Assembly (NCBI GenBank): GCA_025201805.1 | Contig: MU619292.1 | Coordinates: 126,477-190,476, forward strand | Source: Parasitella parasitica NRRL 2501 | Lineage: Eukaryota > Fungi > Mucoromycota | Length of the DNA: 64,000 nucleotides | Direction of reading: 5' to 3' | Shown here: positions 12,210-26,225 of the stretch, one piece after another | Position numbering within the stretch: the first letter of the stretch is position 1 | Layout: every line of letters begins with the position of its first letter | Translations under genes and position numbers: made by a program | Notes under the pieces: generated by a model | Told to the model about the DNA's origin: nothing | Databases searched by the model: none | The model's input: the letters and a program-made list of their open reading frames with translations, nothing else

Positions 12210-13334
12210 ATGGAACCTTTAACATGGCTACTACTACTAGGCATAGCTATGCTAATTGGTAGTTATGTTGCTGGCTCTTTACCACTTAGTACAAAACTAT
12301 CAGATAGAAAAATTCGTATATTGAATTCACTTGGTGCTGGTTTACTTATTGGGACGAGCCTTATGGTTGTTATTCCAGAAGGCGTAGAAACCATCTATTC
12401 AAGCAGAGCAAGAAGCGCTACCGTCATTAGCTCCAAGTCTTCACCCAAATCTGGTTTTGCAGAGATTCCAAATTTATCGACCCTAAATACCCATAAAAAC
12501 TGGGCTGCCGCTGATAACCAAGACGATCAAGAGGATAACTTGTATAAAATTGTGAAAAAACGTTCCCCAAAATACGAAAAAGAAGAGGAAAAGAAAGAAG
12601 AGGAAGGAAAAGAACATGTCGCAGTGGGGCTATCGCTGATTATTGGATTTTCCCTCATGTTTGTCATTGATCAAGTTAGCTCTTTACACATGACAGCGCC
12701 CAATACTAGCATTGAATATTCAGAATTGAATACTGTAGGCGGAGGTGGTCTCCAACATGAAGAGGAAGCAATAGGACCATCGACTACCACATCATCAACA
12801 AACGATGAGTCTATTTTTCCTGATACGCACATGACGCCAGTGAATCGACCGTCGATGACACCTACCGTTGGACTTGTTGTTCACGCAGCAGCCGATGGTA
12901 TAGCTCTGGGAGCGAGCGCATCACATCCTCAGTTATCAATGGTTGTGTTTATTGCAATTATGCTCCACAAGGCACCTGCATCGTTTGCTCTTACGTCTGT
13001 TCTTTTAGCAAGTGGACTGTCACACGCGACAATTCGCAAACATCTGCTCTTATTTGCACTAGCAGCGCCGTTAGGTGCTTTGTTCACTTACTTTACGCTT
13101 TATTTCTTTTCATCATCATCAACATCAGCTTCTACTTTGGAGTATTGGACAGGAGTACTACTGGTATTCTCTGGAGGTACTTTTCTATATGTTGCTATGC
13201 ATGCACTACAAGAAGCAGCAGAAGCAAGCCATCATCATGGCAGCGGTCGCCCAAAAGCAGAGCAAAGTCAATTGTTTATTATTCTTGTTGGCATGGCAAC
13301 CCCAATATTTCTTAGCATGACCCACTCTCACTAG
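12210..13334 (+). CDS. ATX2: ZIP-family metal transporter, ZIP9/Atx2 subfamily
   Basis: LGAGLLIGTSLMVVIPEG, GLVVHAAADGIALGA, IMLHKAPASFAL, FSGGTFLYVA; several hydrophobic TM segments. Confidence 0.88.
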   Translation: MEPLTWLLLLGIAMLIGSYVAGSLPLSTKLSDRKIRILNSLGAGLLIGTSLMVVIPEGVETIYSSRARSATVISSKSSPKSGFAEIPNLSTLNTHKNWAAADNQDDQEDNLYKIVKKRSPKYEKEEEKKEEEGKEHVAVGLSLIIGFSLMFVIDQVSSLHMTAPNTSIEYSELNTVGGGGLQHEEEAIGPSTTTSSTNDESIFPDTHMTPVNRPSMTPTVGLVVHAAADGIALGASASHPQLSMVVFIAIMLHKAPASFALTSVLLASGLSHATIRKHLLLFALAAPLGALFTYFTLYFFSSSSTSASTLEYWTGVLLVFSGGTFLYVAMHALQEAAEASHHHGSGRPKAEQSQLFIILVGMATPIFLSMTHSH

Positions 13335-13411
13335 CTTTAATACATGACAGTTATTATCTTTTGTACATAACACATGCTCGCAATTATAAACGTATAGAGA
13401 TTTTTTTTTTA

Positions 13412-14252
13412 TTACGATAAACGTTGATAGACCATATCCTGAATTTTCTCCACTTGTTGTGCAATTGTTAAATGACTTGTGTCCAACGCAATGGCATCTT
13501 TAGCCTTTGAGAGTGGCGCAATTTTCCGAGTGCGATCAGCTAGATCTCTTGCTTCCAAATCTTTTTCAACGTCTTGTAGTGTATCATTGCCCAAGCTACC
13601 TTTATTTTTCAATTCATCATATCTACGTTTAGCCCGGATCTTGGTATCTGCCTCTATAAATACTTTGAGCTCGGCATCAGGCAAGATAACTGTGCCAATA
13701 TCGCGGCCATCCATCACTACGCCCTTTACTCTTTTGCCATTGTGCTCAAATCCAGTTGAATTTGCGCCTGGGATGTCCCCTATTGCCATAGCCCGTTGTT
13801 GAATAGCCAGAATATCGCGGACACTTGTATTTGAAGCAACATGGCTAATGTTTCGAGTGATATTGGAATTTCGGATTAAATCACTGACGTCTTTTCCATC
13901 TAACTCGACTTGGTCCAAAACAGGAAAACTAATCTTTGCTGATTGTGCTACTTGCTTTACTTTTTCTTCATCTTTGAGATCGATATTTTGCTGTTGGCAT
14001 TTAAGAGTGACCTAAATTTTTACTATGGTAAATACAGTTGTCTACTTTTCCATGTCAAGGAAAGTATTTTACAGCTCTAAACATGGCACCTGAGTCAATA
14101 TATCCAAACCCCAATCTTGTTGCCAATAATTTAGCAGTTGTACCTTTATTGCAAACCGAGTTAATTAGATGAACAGTATATCACATTTGTCTCTTTATAC
14201 TTTTTCCAGAGGCACCCGGACCATCAATAGCAATTCGAAATAACCTTGACAT
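13412..14252 (-). CDS. cmk: Bacterial-type (d)CMP kinase (Cmk family), 3 exons
   Basis: Spliced product [45 protein letters not shown]...[31 protein letters not shown]...RDLADRTRKIAPL...LDTSHLTI. Introns at 14144-14200 and 14012-14072. Confidence 0.9.
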
Positions 14253-15308
14253 CCTGAAAGAACAGCAAAGTAAAGAAAAAGTTCATTCCTCTGTTGTTCA
14301 TTAAACATCTGGCTGTCACAATTCAAAGTGATGCAAAACAAAGGATTGTTTTATTGATTGCTTCATATGAATGGTGCATACAAATAATGAGTGCAAGCAC
14401 TTACTATACATTGTTAGACAAGAAAGAAAAAAAAAATACAAAAGCTTGGGTTTATAGTCCTTCCAATTTTCGAAAAACAGTTCATTGAAATAGACATTAT
14501 AGACATTATAGACATTTAAAGTTGTGATCATATAGAGTAAAATCATGCTCCTGCTGCAAATGACAACAGTTTTTGTATCACATAATAAATTTAGAGAAAA
14601 ATACATCAGAAGCATCCATTATAATCTTAGTTATAAAAGGAACACGAGAGGGGCCATCTAGGTCCTTTAACTAGTCTATCATTTTCAGTATACCTAACAA
14701 CTTGAGCATGATTAATTTACTAATAGACTATTGGATGCAGTCTTTCAGTGTGTTTTGTGGTTTTGGGCAGTAATCTGAATGAAACAAGCTGTGTGGGCGA
14801 TAATATCTATCTGCAATACTGTGCATGACACTGGAAGGTAATCAAGCACATCAGAGCACGGAATCCTTTAATTTTTTGTTTTCAAGTAGTTGCATGAAGT
14901 GTTAAGCGAACAGTTGGGCAGAGGAGGACCAGCGACATGAGATATTGCCGGTTTGAATGGTGGTTTGGTCTTATTCTTGGTAGTAATCTTGGCTAATTTT
15001 ATGTGACAAGATCTATATTGCATATAGTGAATCATTATACTCCTGTCGGTTAAATTTTTATTATAGGACATTAGACATAATCGAAGAACGATAGCGCCGA
15101 GCAACGCATACTGTGTAGACAATCGTAAACACTGTGTGATGTGCTTTTCAACCCGTTTTTTTTTTTGCATTTACACAACTTGTAAAAGGCCCCTTATTGG
15201 TTATCGTTAATGAAAAATGACTAGGCCCGCTCAAACATTTGAAATTTGAAAGGCACTCCACTTCTTTCTGTATGTCTCTTTTTCTTTTTTTTTCACTAGC
15301 AAACACTG

Positions 15309-17517
15309 ATGGTTTTAAATGAGTTTGAGCCCGATGATGTCTTTGGCGAACTCAATCAAAAGTTTGCCAACGTATCCCTTGAACAATCAAATCACATAGA
15401 AGATGTTTATAGAGAAATTGCATTTGATGATGTAAGTTTTTGTTGTTCGCCTTACCTCGCCTTACCTCGCCTCGCCTCTTTTCTCCTCCTCTTTCTCACG
15501 ATGCTATCTAGTTGTTTGAATACAGGGACACCTTAGAGTACTCATCAAACTATGCTAGCTGTCATAGCGCTATGAAAAACATAAGACGATATCTCACACA
15601 GAAAATTTCATTGGATCGTATTCAGAATGTGATTGATCTTGATATTCAGGATAGAATTAAAAAGATTTTGGAAACCCCAGGTTATGATGAACTGAAGGTA
15701 AGATTGTTTTCTTTTAGCAAAAACCAACCAACTGATGGCATCCCTTGTACCTAGTATGAAACGGCGTGGACAATTACTAATATTGCTGTAGGTCGATTTT
15801 TTTTTTGTAAAGTGTAAGCAGCTTATTGATGTCATATTAGTACGGTACAAAAGAACACACTTCAAATTTGATCCAATCCGGCGTGATTGATTCATTGATT
15901 TATTGCTTTCGAACAACAGACAGTTTCAGGGTGAAATCACAGGTAACTTACAGAAGTAGTGGCATTAGACATGCATTTGTAACTTTTTATCTATTATTTC
16001 TTGTGATAGTCAGCTTGGGCATTAGCAAACGTGTCTATAGAATCACCTAAATACAGAGAAACAATGGCTCAGGGAAATCTAATTGGGATCGTTGCGTTTG
16101 CATTGGCTGAGAAATGCGAAATTGTATATAATAAATTAAGTTCGGCGATCAATCAGGAACTCATTACAAATAACGATCAAGGTCAAATTGTATGCAACAG
16201 CAAATCAGACACAGATGATGTAAAAGATTTGACATGGTCATTGGCAAACATATGCAGAGGTGGATTCAAAACAGCCGAACATTGGGAACAGTACTTGCTT
16301 GCATTCGATGCGTTTTCGCAATGTGTTCATTTCGATAATAGTGATATATGGACAGAGGCGTGGTGAGTGCTACCAACTATTGTCTCAATGTTTCATTGCA
16401 TTAACCCACTAGAACAGCTGGGGCTTATCTAGAATTCTGAGTAACATGTATAACTACGACCCGTTTTTTGCCGCCTTGGAATTGCACCCTAGATTATGTC
16501 CACGATTGATCCAACTATTGAGGTATGTAAACATATATATATCTGTCAGTTTTCTTTTCAAGCGCTAATCCGCAATAATACCCATAGAAATGAAGCTGCT
16601 GTCACTATTTTACCCGTGTTACAAACCATCAGTAATTTCTCTTCGGGTCCGAACGAATATATCGAAATTCTACTTAATGCAGATCTCTTAAACACTATTT
16701 GGTGGTACATGTCCTCCGATACCCCTTCTCCATTACGTCGAAATGCCATTTTAACAATTTCAAACTTAGCAGCAGGAAATGAAAGCATTGTGCGAAAAGT
16801 TGTTTACAATGAAAACATAATGCGGAGCGTCATTTCGCATGTCACTGCACCAGGCCACTTGTACCATGCTGAAAACCGTAGCTGGATTTCGTCGCCAAAA
16901 GCGCCCAATGAAGATACGAAGGAAGAGTGGAGAATAGTTAAAGAAGCGCTCTGGGTCTTGTCTAATATCACCACTTTGGCCAATGATGATTGCATATGGT
17001 AAGGCTGTTAATTCACATCGAAATAATAACTAACAATAGAGACAGTGCTCTTTTAAGAAATTACTCGAGACTGATCAAGCTCTTGGCAGCATTACTGCAT
17101 TATCCTTTATTGCCCTTCCCAATTTGTTTGAAAGTCGTGGATGTTTTGATTCGAATTGTAGATCGCACTAGTCAAATAGCCGAATTAACACCCCCTGTGC
17201 TGCCTATTCCACGTAATCCCTACGCCGAAGAAATTTTGGAAGAAGGAGTCATTTCTTCCCTGAAATTTTTGTGTGAAGATTTTCGAGCATCTGAACTTGA
17301 CGAGCAAGTGGAAATTCTTCGTCTTGCAACTATGTACAGCTCATCCCAACTACAACAAAGTGAAGATAATCGCAGTGCTGCAGGCTTAGGAAGCGCCTTT
17401 GGTTTATCAAGACGTGGTATTAGTCTTTCTAGGCCGAATATCAGACGAATTGTGCATGGCTTTGAAGATGGCGATGTCCGATTTATTGAAGATGCCATAA
17501 AAAGCATAACCCTTTAA
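15309..17517 (+). CDS. Divergent importin-alpha-like armadillo-repeat protein, multi-exon
   Basis: ARM helix-3 W-x-x-x-N type motifs after splicing: YETAWTITNIA, SAWALANVS, LTWSLANICRG, AILTISNLAAG, KEALWVLSNIT. Confidence 0.75.
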
Positions 17518-17674
17518 ATCATTTATCTACACTGCATATATCTACAGCGATGACTAGTCTTTGCTTCAAAAATATAACAATCTCTTTATTCCATACTGCA
17601 AGTATATTATCGCACTGCTATCTATAACACAATACATCAGACATTGAAGTTGCTTAATTTCCTAATGTGACAAT

Positions 17675-18302
17675 TCATGCTGCAAAAGATCGAGGAGTTG
17701 GATTGGCCTTTTTATTGGCTGATGGCATGATTGCCTTCATGTTGACTAAAATGCTGCCAATGTGTTTGTTCTGAAGTGAAGTTGATAGACGTTTTTTTGC
17801 AGTGTCGATATCACGCATTGAAGTGTGGAGCAGCGATAGCTCATGTAAAGATAACCCGCCATATGGTTTTGCTTCACCTAGTAGCTCAAATGGTGCTGAT
17901 TTAGCGGTATTTGACAACGTATTGCAACTGCCGTAGGTAGACACCACTTTAGATTTGCGCAAGATGGATCTATACTTTTTGCTTCGTCTTTCTACTTCCT
18001 GGGGCTGAAGAATATAATTGCTAGCGTTGCAGGTTGTATTTATCATTACACTACATATACATTACTAAAGCAGAAGCTATGATTCATACACACATCTTAC
18101 TTGGAAGCATTTTCGACTATTGTTCTCCATGCTTCCTCTTCTTGTCTCTTCATATCGATCGCTTCTAATAAAGACGTCTTGGAGTGAATGCTCTGCTATA
18201 CGATATAGATGTGTTATCAGTTTTAAATTTACAAGATGTCGTCAGTGTGAAATATTTTACATCATCAACTGAATGCGTATCTCTGCTTAAACAACAGCCC
18301 AT
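17675..18302 (-). CDS. Ragulator/EGO complex anchor LAMTOR1/Ego1(Meh1)-like, 3 exons
   Basis: Spliced N-terminus MGCCLSRDTHSVDD|QSIHSKTSLLEAIDMKRQEEEAWRTIVENASNVMINTT...LQPQEVERRSKKYRSIL. Gly2 plus Cys-Cys lipidation signal, a dileucine, and LAMTOR1-like spacing. Confidence 0.7.
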
Positions 18303-18428
18303 AAGTTACGGATGAATAAAATGAAGAAAGGGCGAAAGAAAGATGTTGCTGTGCATCATATAGCAACCCATTTTTATTTATTTACATTATTAAAGCAGCT
18401 TCGACTGTATACACAAGATATCTATACG

Positions 18429-19666
18429 TCACGTTCTCCTGATGTGCTTCTTCTTGGTTGACAGTAAGGTGGTTCGGATAACTTCCTCGCTTGGAACATC
18501 ATCCAACAATTTAGTCACTTCTTTTGGAACCCACTGTGATTTTGTAACCCTGTAGTCTTGGGGATCCCACAACTTATCCGAGCAAACTATATTGACTAGC
18601 GGTATTTGCTGCAACAGTTTCTTGTACATTCGATGTATTTGCCGATTTGTGTACCTGAACGGGTCTATGCTGTCATCTGCACTAGATCCGAGATACTGCA
18701 GCAAACTGGGAGGATGCTGATTTTCGTAAGGTGATTTGGGGAGCGACTCCTTTCGAATGATTTTGCTGGTGTGATGCGCTAGTTTTGATATATCAGGCTG
18801 TAGATGCTGTATTATATTCACTGTTTTTGTAAAGCTAGAGTAGAAATCATCCCATTTAGGGCCGCCTGTTACAAGGTTGGAGCAAGCGAATGGATGTGTC
18901 ATGGGGGCACCTGCTTTGTGTTCAAGTTCACAAACAATCTCAAAAGGTAAAGGTACAGACACTCGATCTAGGAGCATGGATCGATGTTTCCAGAGCAAAT
19001 TTGCCTGTCTCCCAGGATGCAGCGGTTTGTATTGTGGTATAGGTAAATCTGGCTCTATTTTCTTACCCAAATGCTGCGTAATTAGACTGCATAGTGGAGG
19101 GCACAAGGCTGGCGGCGGTGCGGTATGGGGTATATGCGGTACTAACGGTTTGGGGTTATTGAGTTTGTGGTCTGACCGTTGATGGCCGTGCAAATAAGGC
19201 TATATAAATAATTAGTATCAACGTATCCAAGGTTCCTCTCCTCTACAAGCATCCTACAAACAATAAGCCGTGACGAGTCTTCCCTCTTCTACCATATACC
19301 TCTTCCAGAACTTTCAAAGCACTCTTTTGACTTCCTCTATTTGCTTTTTCTAATCTGTGCAGGTACTATGGCGAATATATTTAATATGATGAAATTGCTC
19401 AGTTATCTGCTGTCTGCTTACTTTTCTGCTTTCTTTAATTTTAGATTTTACTCTCTCCACGTCTTGACAGGTCTTGTAGTCTTTAAAATATTTTCTTGCC
19501 GCATTCCTTACATAAATCCTTGTAATATTGCATGTTTATTAGCCTTTGAAAGCAGTTCTCTGCATCTAGATTAGTACCTCGCTCTGTCATCAAAGAATAG
19601 CGATCCTTCTGCTAATATGTTTTTGTACAATGCTTTAATGTATAGCTTGTGATTTGGTTGAAACAT
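18429..19666 (-). CDS. LYR-motif (Complex1_LYR-like) probable mitochondrial protein, 4 exons
   Basis: Spliced N-terminus MFQPNHKLYIKALYKNILAEGSLFFDDRARIYVRNAARKYFKDY...YLHRLEKANRGSQKSALKVLEEVYGRRGKTRH joins the 18429-19193 ORF (RQANLLWKH). Confidence 0.65.
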
Positions 19667-19898
19667 AAGCCACTCAGGAAGAGAAGAGAAGGGAATTGTC
19701 CCTCAAACACTGGCCCGCCGGTTTTTGTATGATTGAGGGAGCGCATTTCTTGTCCTCGGTATTGCATAATATACAAGCCAGAGAGGCTTGTCACGTGCAG
19801 CAAGACAGTAGTGTAATGACAATAACTTTGCTGTTACATGTGTGTGATTATCCTTTTTCTTTTTTCCTTATTCTTACCAAGAAAACAATCTATTAAAC

Positions 19899-20832
19899 AT
19901 GTCTCAGCAAATCCCAACGTTAAAGCTATTACTTATTGGTAATTCTAATGTCGGTAAAAGCTCTCTGCTTTTACGTTTTACAGACGATACTTTTTTGCCT
20001 CAAGAAGAGGTTTCAGCGACTATTGGTATGTTGGACTAATCAAGCTTTGTCATTTCACTGCATAGTTTTTTAACATTTTACATGCTTTTTTTTTTAAGGT
20101 GTCGATTTTAAAGTGAGCATGATGGAAGTTAACGGCAAAATGTACAAACTCACCATCTGGGTAAAGTTCTTCATATCTTTGAAAGACTTGGTCAAACTAA
20201 TCGATTAAATGTACCAAAGGACACTGCCGGACAAGAGAGGTTTAGGACATTAACTTCATCATATTATCGAGGAGCTCAAGGTGTGATTTTAGGTGTGTTA
20301 TTTACCCTTCGTCATGTCGTGAAACTTACTCATACTTTTAATTTGTTAGTTTACGATGTTAGTAACAGAGATACATTTGATGCTCTCAATACCTGGTGGA
20401 ATGAAGTCAACACATATTGCTCTAGTCCTGATGTCGTCAAGATGATTGTGGGAAATAAGGTTGACAAGGTAAGTAAAAGCGGTTACATTATCTTGGTTTA
20501 TGCATACACTGAACTATTGTTCTCACAGGAATCATCTCGAGTTGTTACTTATGAAGAGGGTGCCAACTTTGCTAGAAAATTATCCACTCTTTTTGTTGAG
20601 TGTAGTGCTAAAACAAAAGTTGGTGTCAAACAAGCCTTTGAGGAATTGGTAGAAAAGGTTTGTTTCTATGTGCTTTTGATGTTTATTAAATGTTCGTTTG
20701 TTAACAAAACACACCACATAGATTATTGAAACACCTAGTTTATGGCAGAAAGATGCTGCACCAAATTCCACTGTAAGAATGTCAGCAGATGATAATAAAG
20801 AGCAGTCGGGAGGGGATTCCTGTGCTTGTTAA
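19899..20832 (+). CDS. RAB18: Rab18-type small GTPase, multi-exon
   Basis: [90 protein letters not shown]; C-terminal CAC prenylation motif. Confidence 0.88.
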
Positions 20833-21801
20833 CCTTTTCCTATCTTTTACCAGAAACTTATAAATTCGTTTTTTATTACTGTATATACGGTACGAAATTA
20901 TACAACGTCTTTCCTTCTTGGTTGATATAACGGAATGCGAAATATCATTTAAGAGAAGGCATGTACAAGCAATTGAGCATACAAAATGAAGTGTTTCTCC
21001 CAAGATATTGGTATCCTAATAGCAATGCTATTACAGAAGAGGATATGATAAACGTAGTTTCATAAGCATATTTTAATACAAAAAAGGTGATTCATTACCA
21101 CGAGAAAACAAATTGACTTATCGGAGAGCAAAAGATTATCATTATTACTATTGTTGCTATTGTTTTAGTCAAATAGGCTTTGCAGATATAAGTGAAAATA
21201 AAATAAAATACATATCAGATAGCCATGATCAAAGCTGTATCAGACAAGTATAAAGCTTGGCTTGATTTTTCTTTATGCAATAAGATATATGCGTTTTATA
21301 TGTATTTTGTATGAAAATTGGTGGTTTTTTTAGTGAAGTTTTATGAATATTATTGGCAGCATTGGTAGCTTGATCACATATTAAACAAACATCATCAATA
21401 AACAGCAACTGAGCACTAAGAATTTAACCAAGGCCGAACGCTTTAATTTATCAAGCTAAATAGCATCCGGTAGTGAATACGGTACAACAGCGAAAATATT
21501 TGCGATTAATGTTAGGTGTGATGAATTCAATGTTTGGATAAGAATGCTATATATTAGTCTTTAATAATTACTAGATTCATTATTTAGATATTGTCATATT
21601 TATTTATAATTATCATCATCGTATATATTACTAAGCAGAATGTATCTTTTTTCTTTTTCACAACTGATAGTCTGGTATGCGTGTTCATATTACATACAAT
21701 CCCAAAATAAAAATTCACTTGAATAACAAAAAGGCAATATTTTATTTCCGTTTTTCTTTCATTCTTATAAGAAAATGAGAGGTACATTTAACAAAAGACG
21801 A

Positions 21802-23603
<1,802 letters not shown>

Positions 23604-23660
23604 TTAGTAATAAAATGTTTGTTCTAGTAGCAATGGAAAAAAAAAAGGGGCAGTAGTTTC

Positions 23661-23790
23661 TTGTTTTGATTTTTTTTTTTTTTCGATTTTGATGTGTAAT
23701 ATGACGATGAATTTAACTAATTCACAGTATGTTTTTTTTTTTGAGTATTTTTATATTTTTTTTTTTTGGTTTTTTTTTTTTTGTTTTTAT
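23661..23790 (-). promoter_or_regulatory. Oligo(A)-rich leader upstream of the PAB1 start (candidate autoregulatory element)
   Basis: Several T9-T14 runs on the + strand, i.e. A-runs in sense orientation, about 65-190 nt upstream of the PAB1 ATG. Confidence 0.5.
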
Positions 23791-24216
23791 GAAAAGAAAT
23801 ATAGTAAAAAAGAAAAAGGAATTTAATTCTTTCTTCTTATTTAAAGAGTGATTTTTACTTGTAGAAAAAGGGCAAGTGGGAAAGAAAGAGGATAAAATAG
23901 TAGAACAAAGAGCCTGGGTGATTTAATGCAGCCTTCATCACCACAGGATGAATCATCCAAAAACGTCACTCGCTTCTTACTTTAATTGAATCAACCCATC
24001 ATTCAACACTTCTTAAGAAACAAACAAGAAACGTAGTAGAGGTATTTCAGTTCAAGCTTGAATATCATATCTTTTAAAAATTCAATCCATTTCAAATATT
24101 GAACCAAAACAGCTGATGGACATCATATTAAAAGCCAGGCTTGCTTGGTTTATAAATAGGATAAGGTCCAGAATCAGAATAAAACACCTTTTGCTTCAAT
24201 TTATCTGCAAATTATC

Positions 24217-25378
24217 ATGGGCGAAGCAAATATTGCAAACCATGTGTTAGAATCGATTCTCAAGGACCTATCCTTCCTTAAAGAGAATAATTTCTTAGCA
24301 AATCAAACATACAGAGATGTGGTTGCCATGTTACCAAGTCGTATCAGCATCCATAGTAACGCAATCGATACATCAAAACCTCCTTTACCGACTCGTAAAT
24401 CAACTAGCTCTACAACAAATAGTATTACTCCACCTGTAGTTCAGCCTCGTGAGATTCCTTGTTTTCCTAAATTGCCTGTAAGACGCACACCTGATTGGCA
24501 ATCTCCACAATCAACCCACCAAGGCCCACAACAAGTGGTAGGTATGGTCATGCCCTCCATGACAAAGAACGTTTTGAATCCAGAACCTGAGAAATCGGCT
24601 CCTCCTCCACCTGCTTATACTCAGAAACCGACAATGGAACCACCATCGCTAGCTACGGCCGAGGCATTATACGACTATAAAGGGGAAGATCCTTCCACGG
24701 ATTTGTCCTTTGAACAAGGCGATATTATCGAGGTTACAGAATATGGTATGTACTTTAGAGGCGAAGGCAGCTGGTCTTAGCTAACTACGGTTGGCTATTA
24801 GTAAATGACGATTGGTGGAAAGGAACAGTAAATGGAAAATTAGGTATCTTTCCTCAAAATCATGTAAAAAAGATAGCGTAAGTTTAAGATCATAATTCAT
24901 GATAATTGCCAGCACACTTACTCCTATTAATTGCAATGTAAAATAGACCTCCTATCAAAGCTAAACGTCCTTGGGTCCCACCCACATCAGCCAAACCGTC
25001 CTATTCAAACAGTAGTTATGCATCAAATACCCCTCCACCAACTTCAACAATCCAGAATACCACTATGCCGTACAGTTACCCTCCTCCTCCTAATGCCATG
25101 TATGCGCCCCCACCATCTCAACCACCCATACAGGCTTACGGACAACCATCGGCAGTACCCGTTGTAGCGAGCAACTATGAGCAGCAACATGCCGAGGAAA
25201 GTGGCGATAACAAGGTACACAGCATGGCCAAAAAGTTTGGCGGCAACGTTGCTACAGCTGCTACTTGGGGTTTTGGTGCTACACGTAAGTCTCCACAAGA
25301 TATTTTTAGCTATTTTTTTTTTTTTCACTAAAACTCAAATTTCTTTTTGTGTATTAGTGGGAAGTCAAGCTGCAAGTG
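24217..25378 (+). CDS. SH3-domain protein of the Lsb1/Pin3 type; 3' end lost in the assembly gap
   Basis: SH3 motifs AEALYDY...DLSFEQGDIIEV..|NDDWWKG...GIFPQNHV, PPPPAY motif, and a C-terminal KKFGGNVATAATWGFGAT|LGSQAAS similar to the Pin3/Lsb1 tail. Confidence 0.75.
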
Positions 25379-25388
25379 NNNNNNNNNN
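25379..25388. other. Assembly gap (10 N)
   Basis: Run of N followed by a poly-A run. Confidence 1.
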
Positions 25389-26225
25389 AAAAAAAAAAAA
25401 AAAAAAGAATCACTACGAAAATAATGTCATGCTTTTATTTTTGCATTTTCGTTCACGTTTTTTCTAAATGAAATGTCAGGGTACCTTTTTCCATGCATTT
25501 CAATCGCTTTGAAAGGGGATGGGGGTATAACACAATTGAAAAAGAACAAAGTATTAGAATTAAAGCCATTTCCAACAAAAATATTTAATTTATAGCAGCA
25601 CAACATCTGCGCCATTGTAAAATATACCTGCATATCGGTTTCGTATGTCTACAACATTTACAGCAAATCCTCAAGTGTAAGCTGAATATGTATGCACAGC
25701 ACCCAATAGGCATGTCCACTGAATGCTTATGTCTAGCATAATTGCACATTTTTGTTGCATGTGGTTGAAGATATATAAGACAATTCTATTTTTGGGGCGT
25801 AAACACATACAGGACTGGGTAACTCAATCTTGATTAGATTGCCTGAAGGGCATGTACAGTACTCATGAACAATGTAAATTGAGCACCTGACAGTGACCAA
25901 AATACGACGTACTACAATAATATCTGAAAAATAAGATTAAGGTCGATACATCTTTGATATACTTGTCGTTTCTCAAAAGTATAACATTTTGAAAGATGTA
26001 GACCTAAAGTTCAAATAGCTCTTTGCTGCATGCTATATATTAATACATAAAATTGTCAAGCGCTATGGCGTATCTAAACTCCATGAACATAATGGCTGTC
26101 AAAAAATGGAATGAATGTGATTGGTAAGTGTTTCTACATGAACTTCAAGTTTTTTATGTTGCAGCCCCAGGCCATACCTGCATTTTATTTTTGTTTCTCT
26201 CTCTTTCATCCCGAATTAAAAGCGC

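Noticed and set aside
25427-26200. Possible Cys-rich or degenerate coding fragments on the minus strand after the gap
   Set aside because: No consistent spliced frame or family motif could be built.
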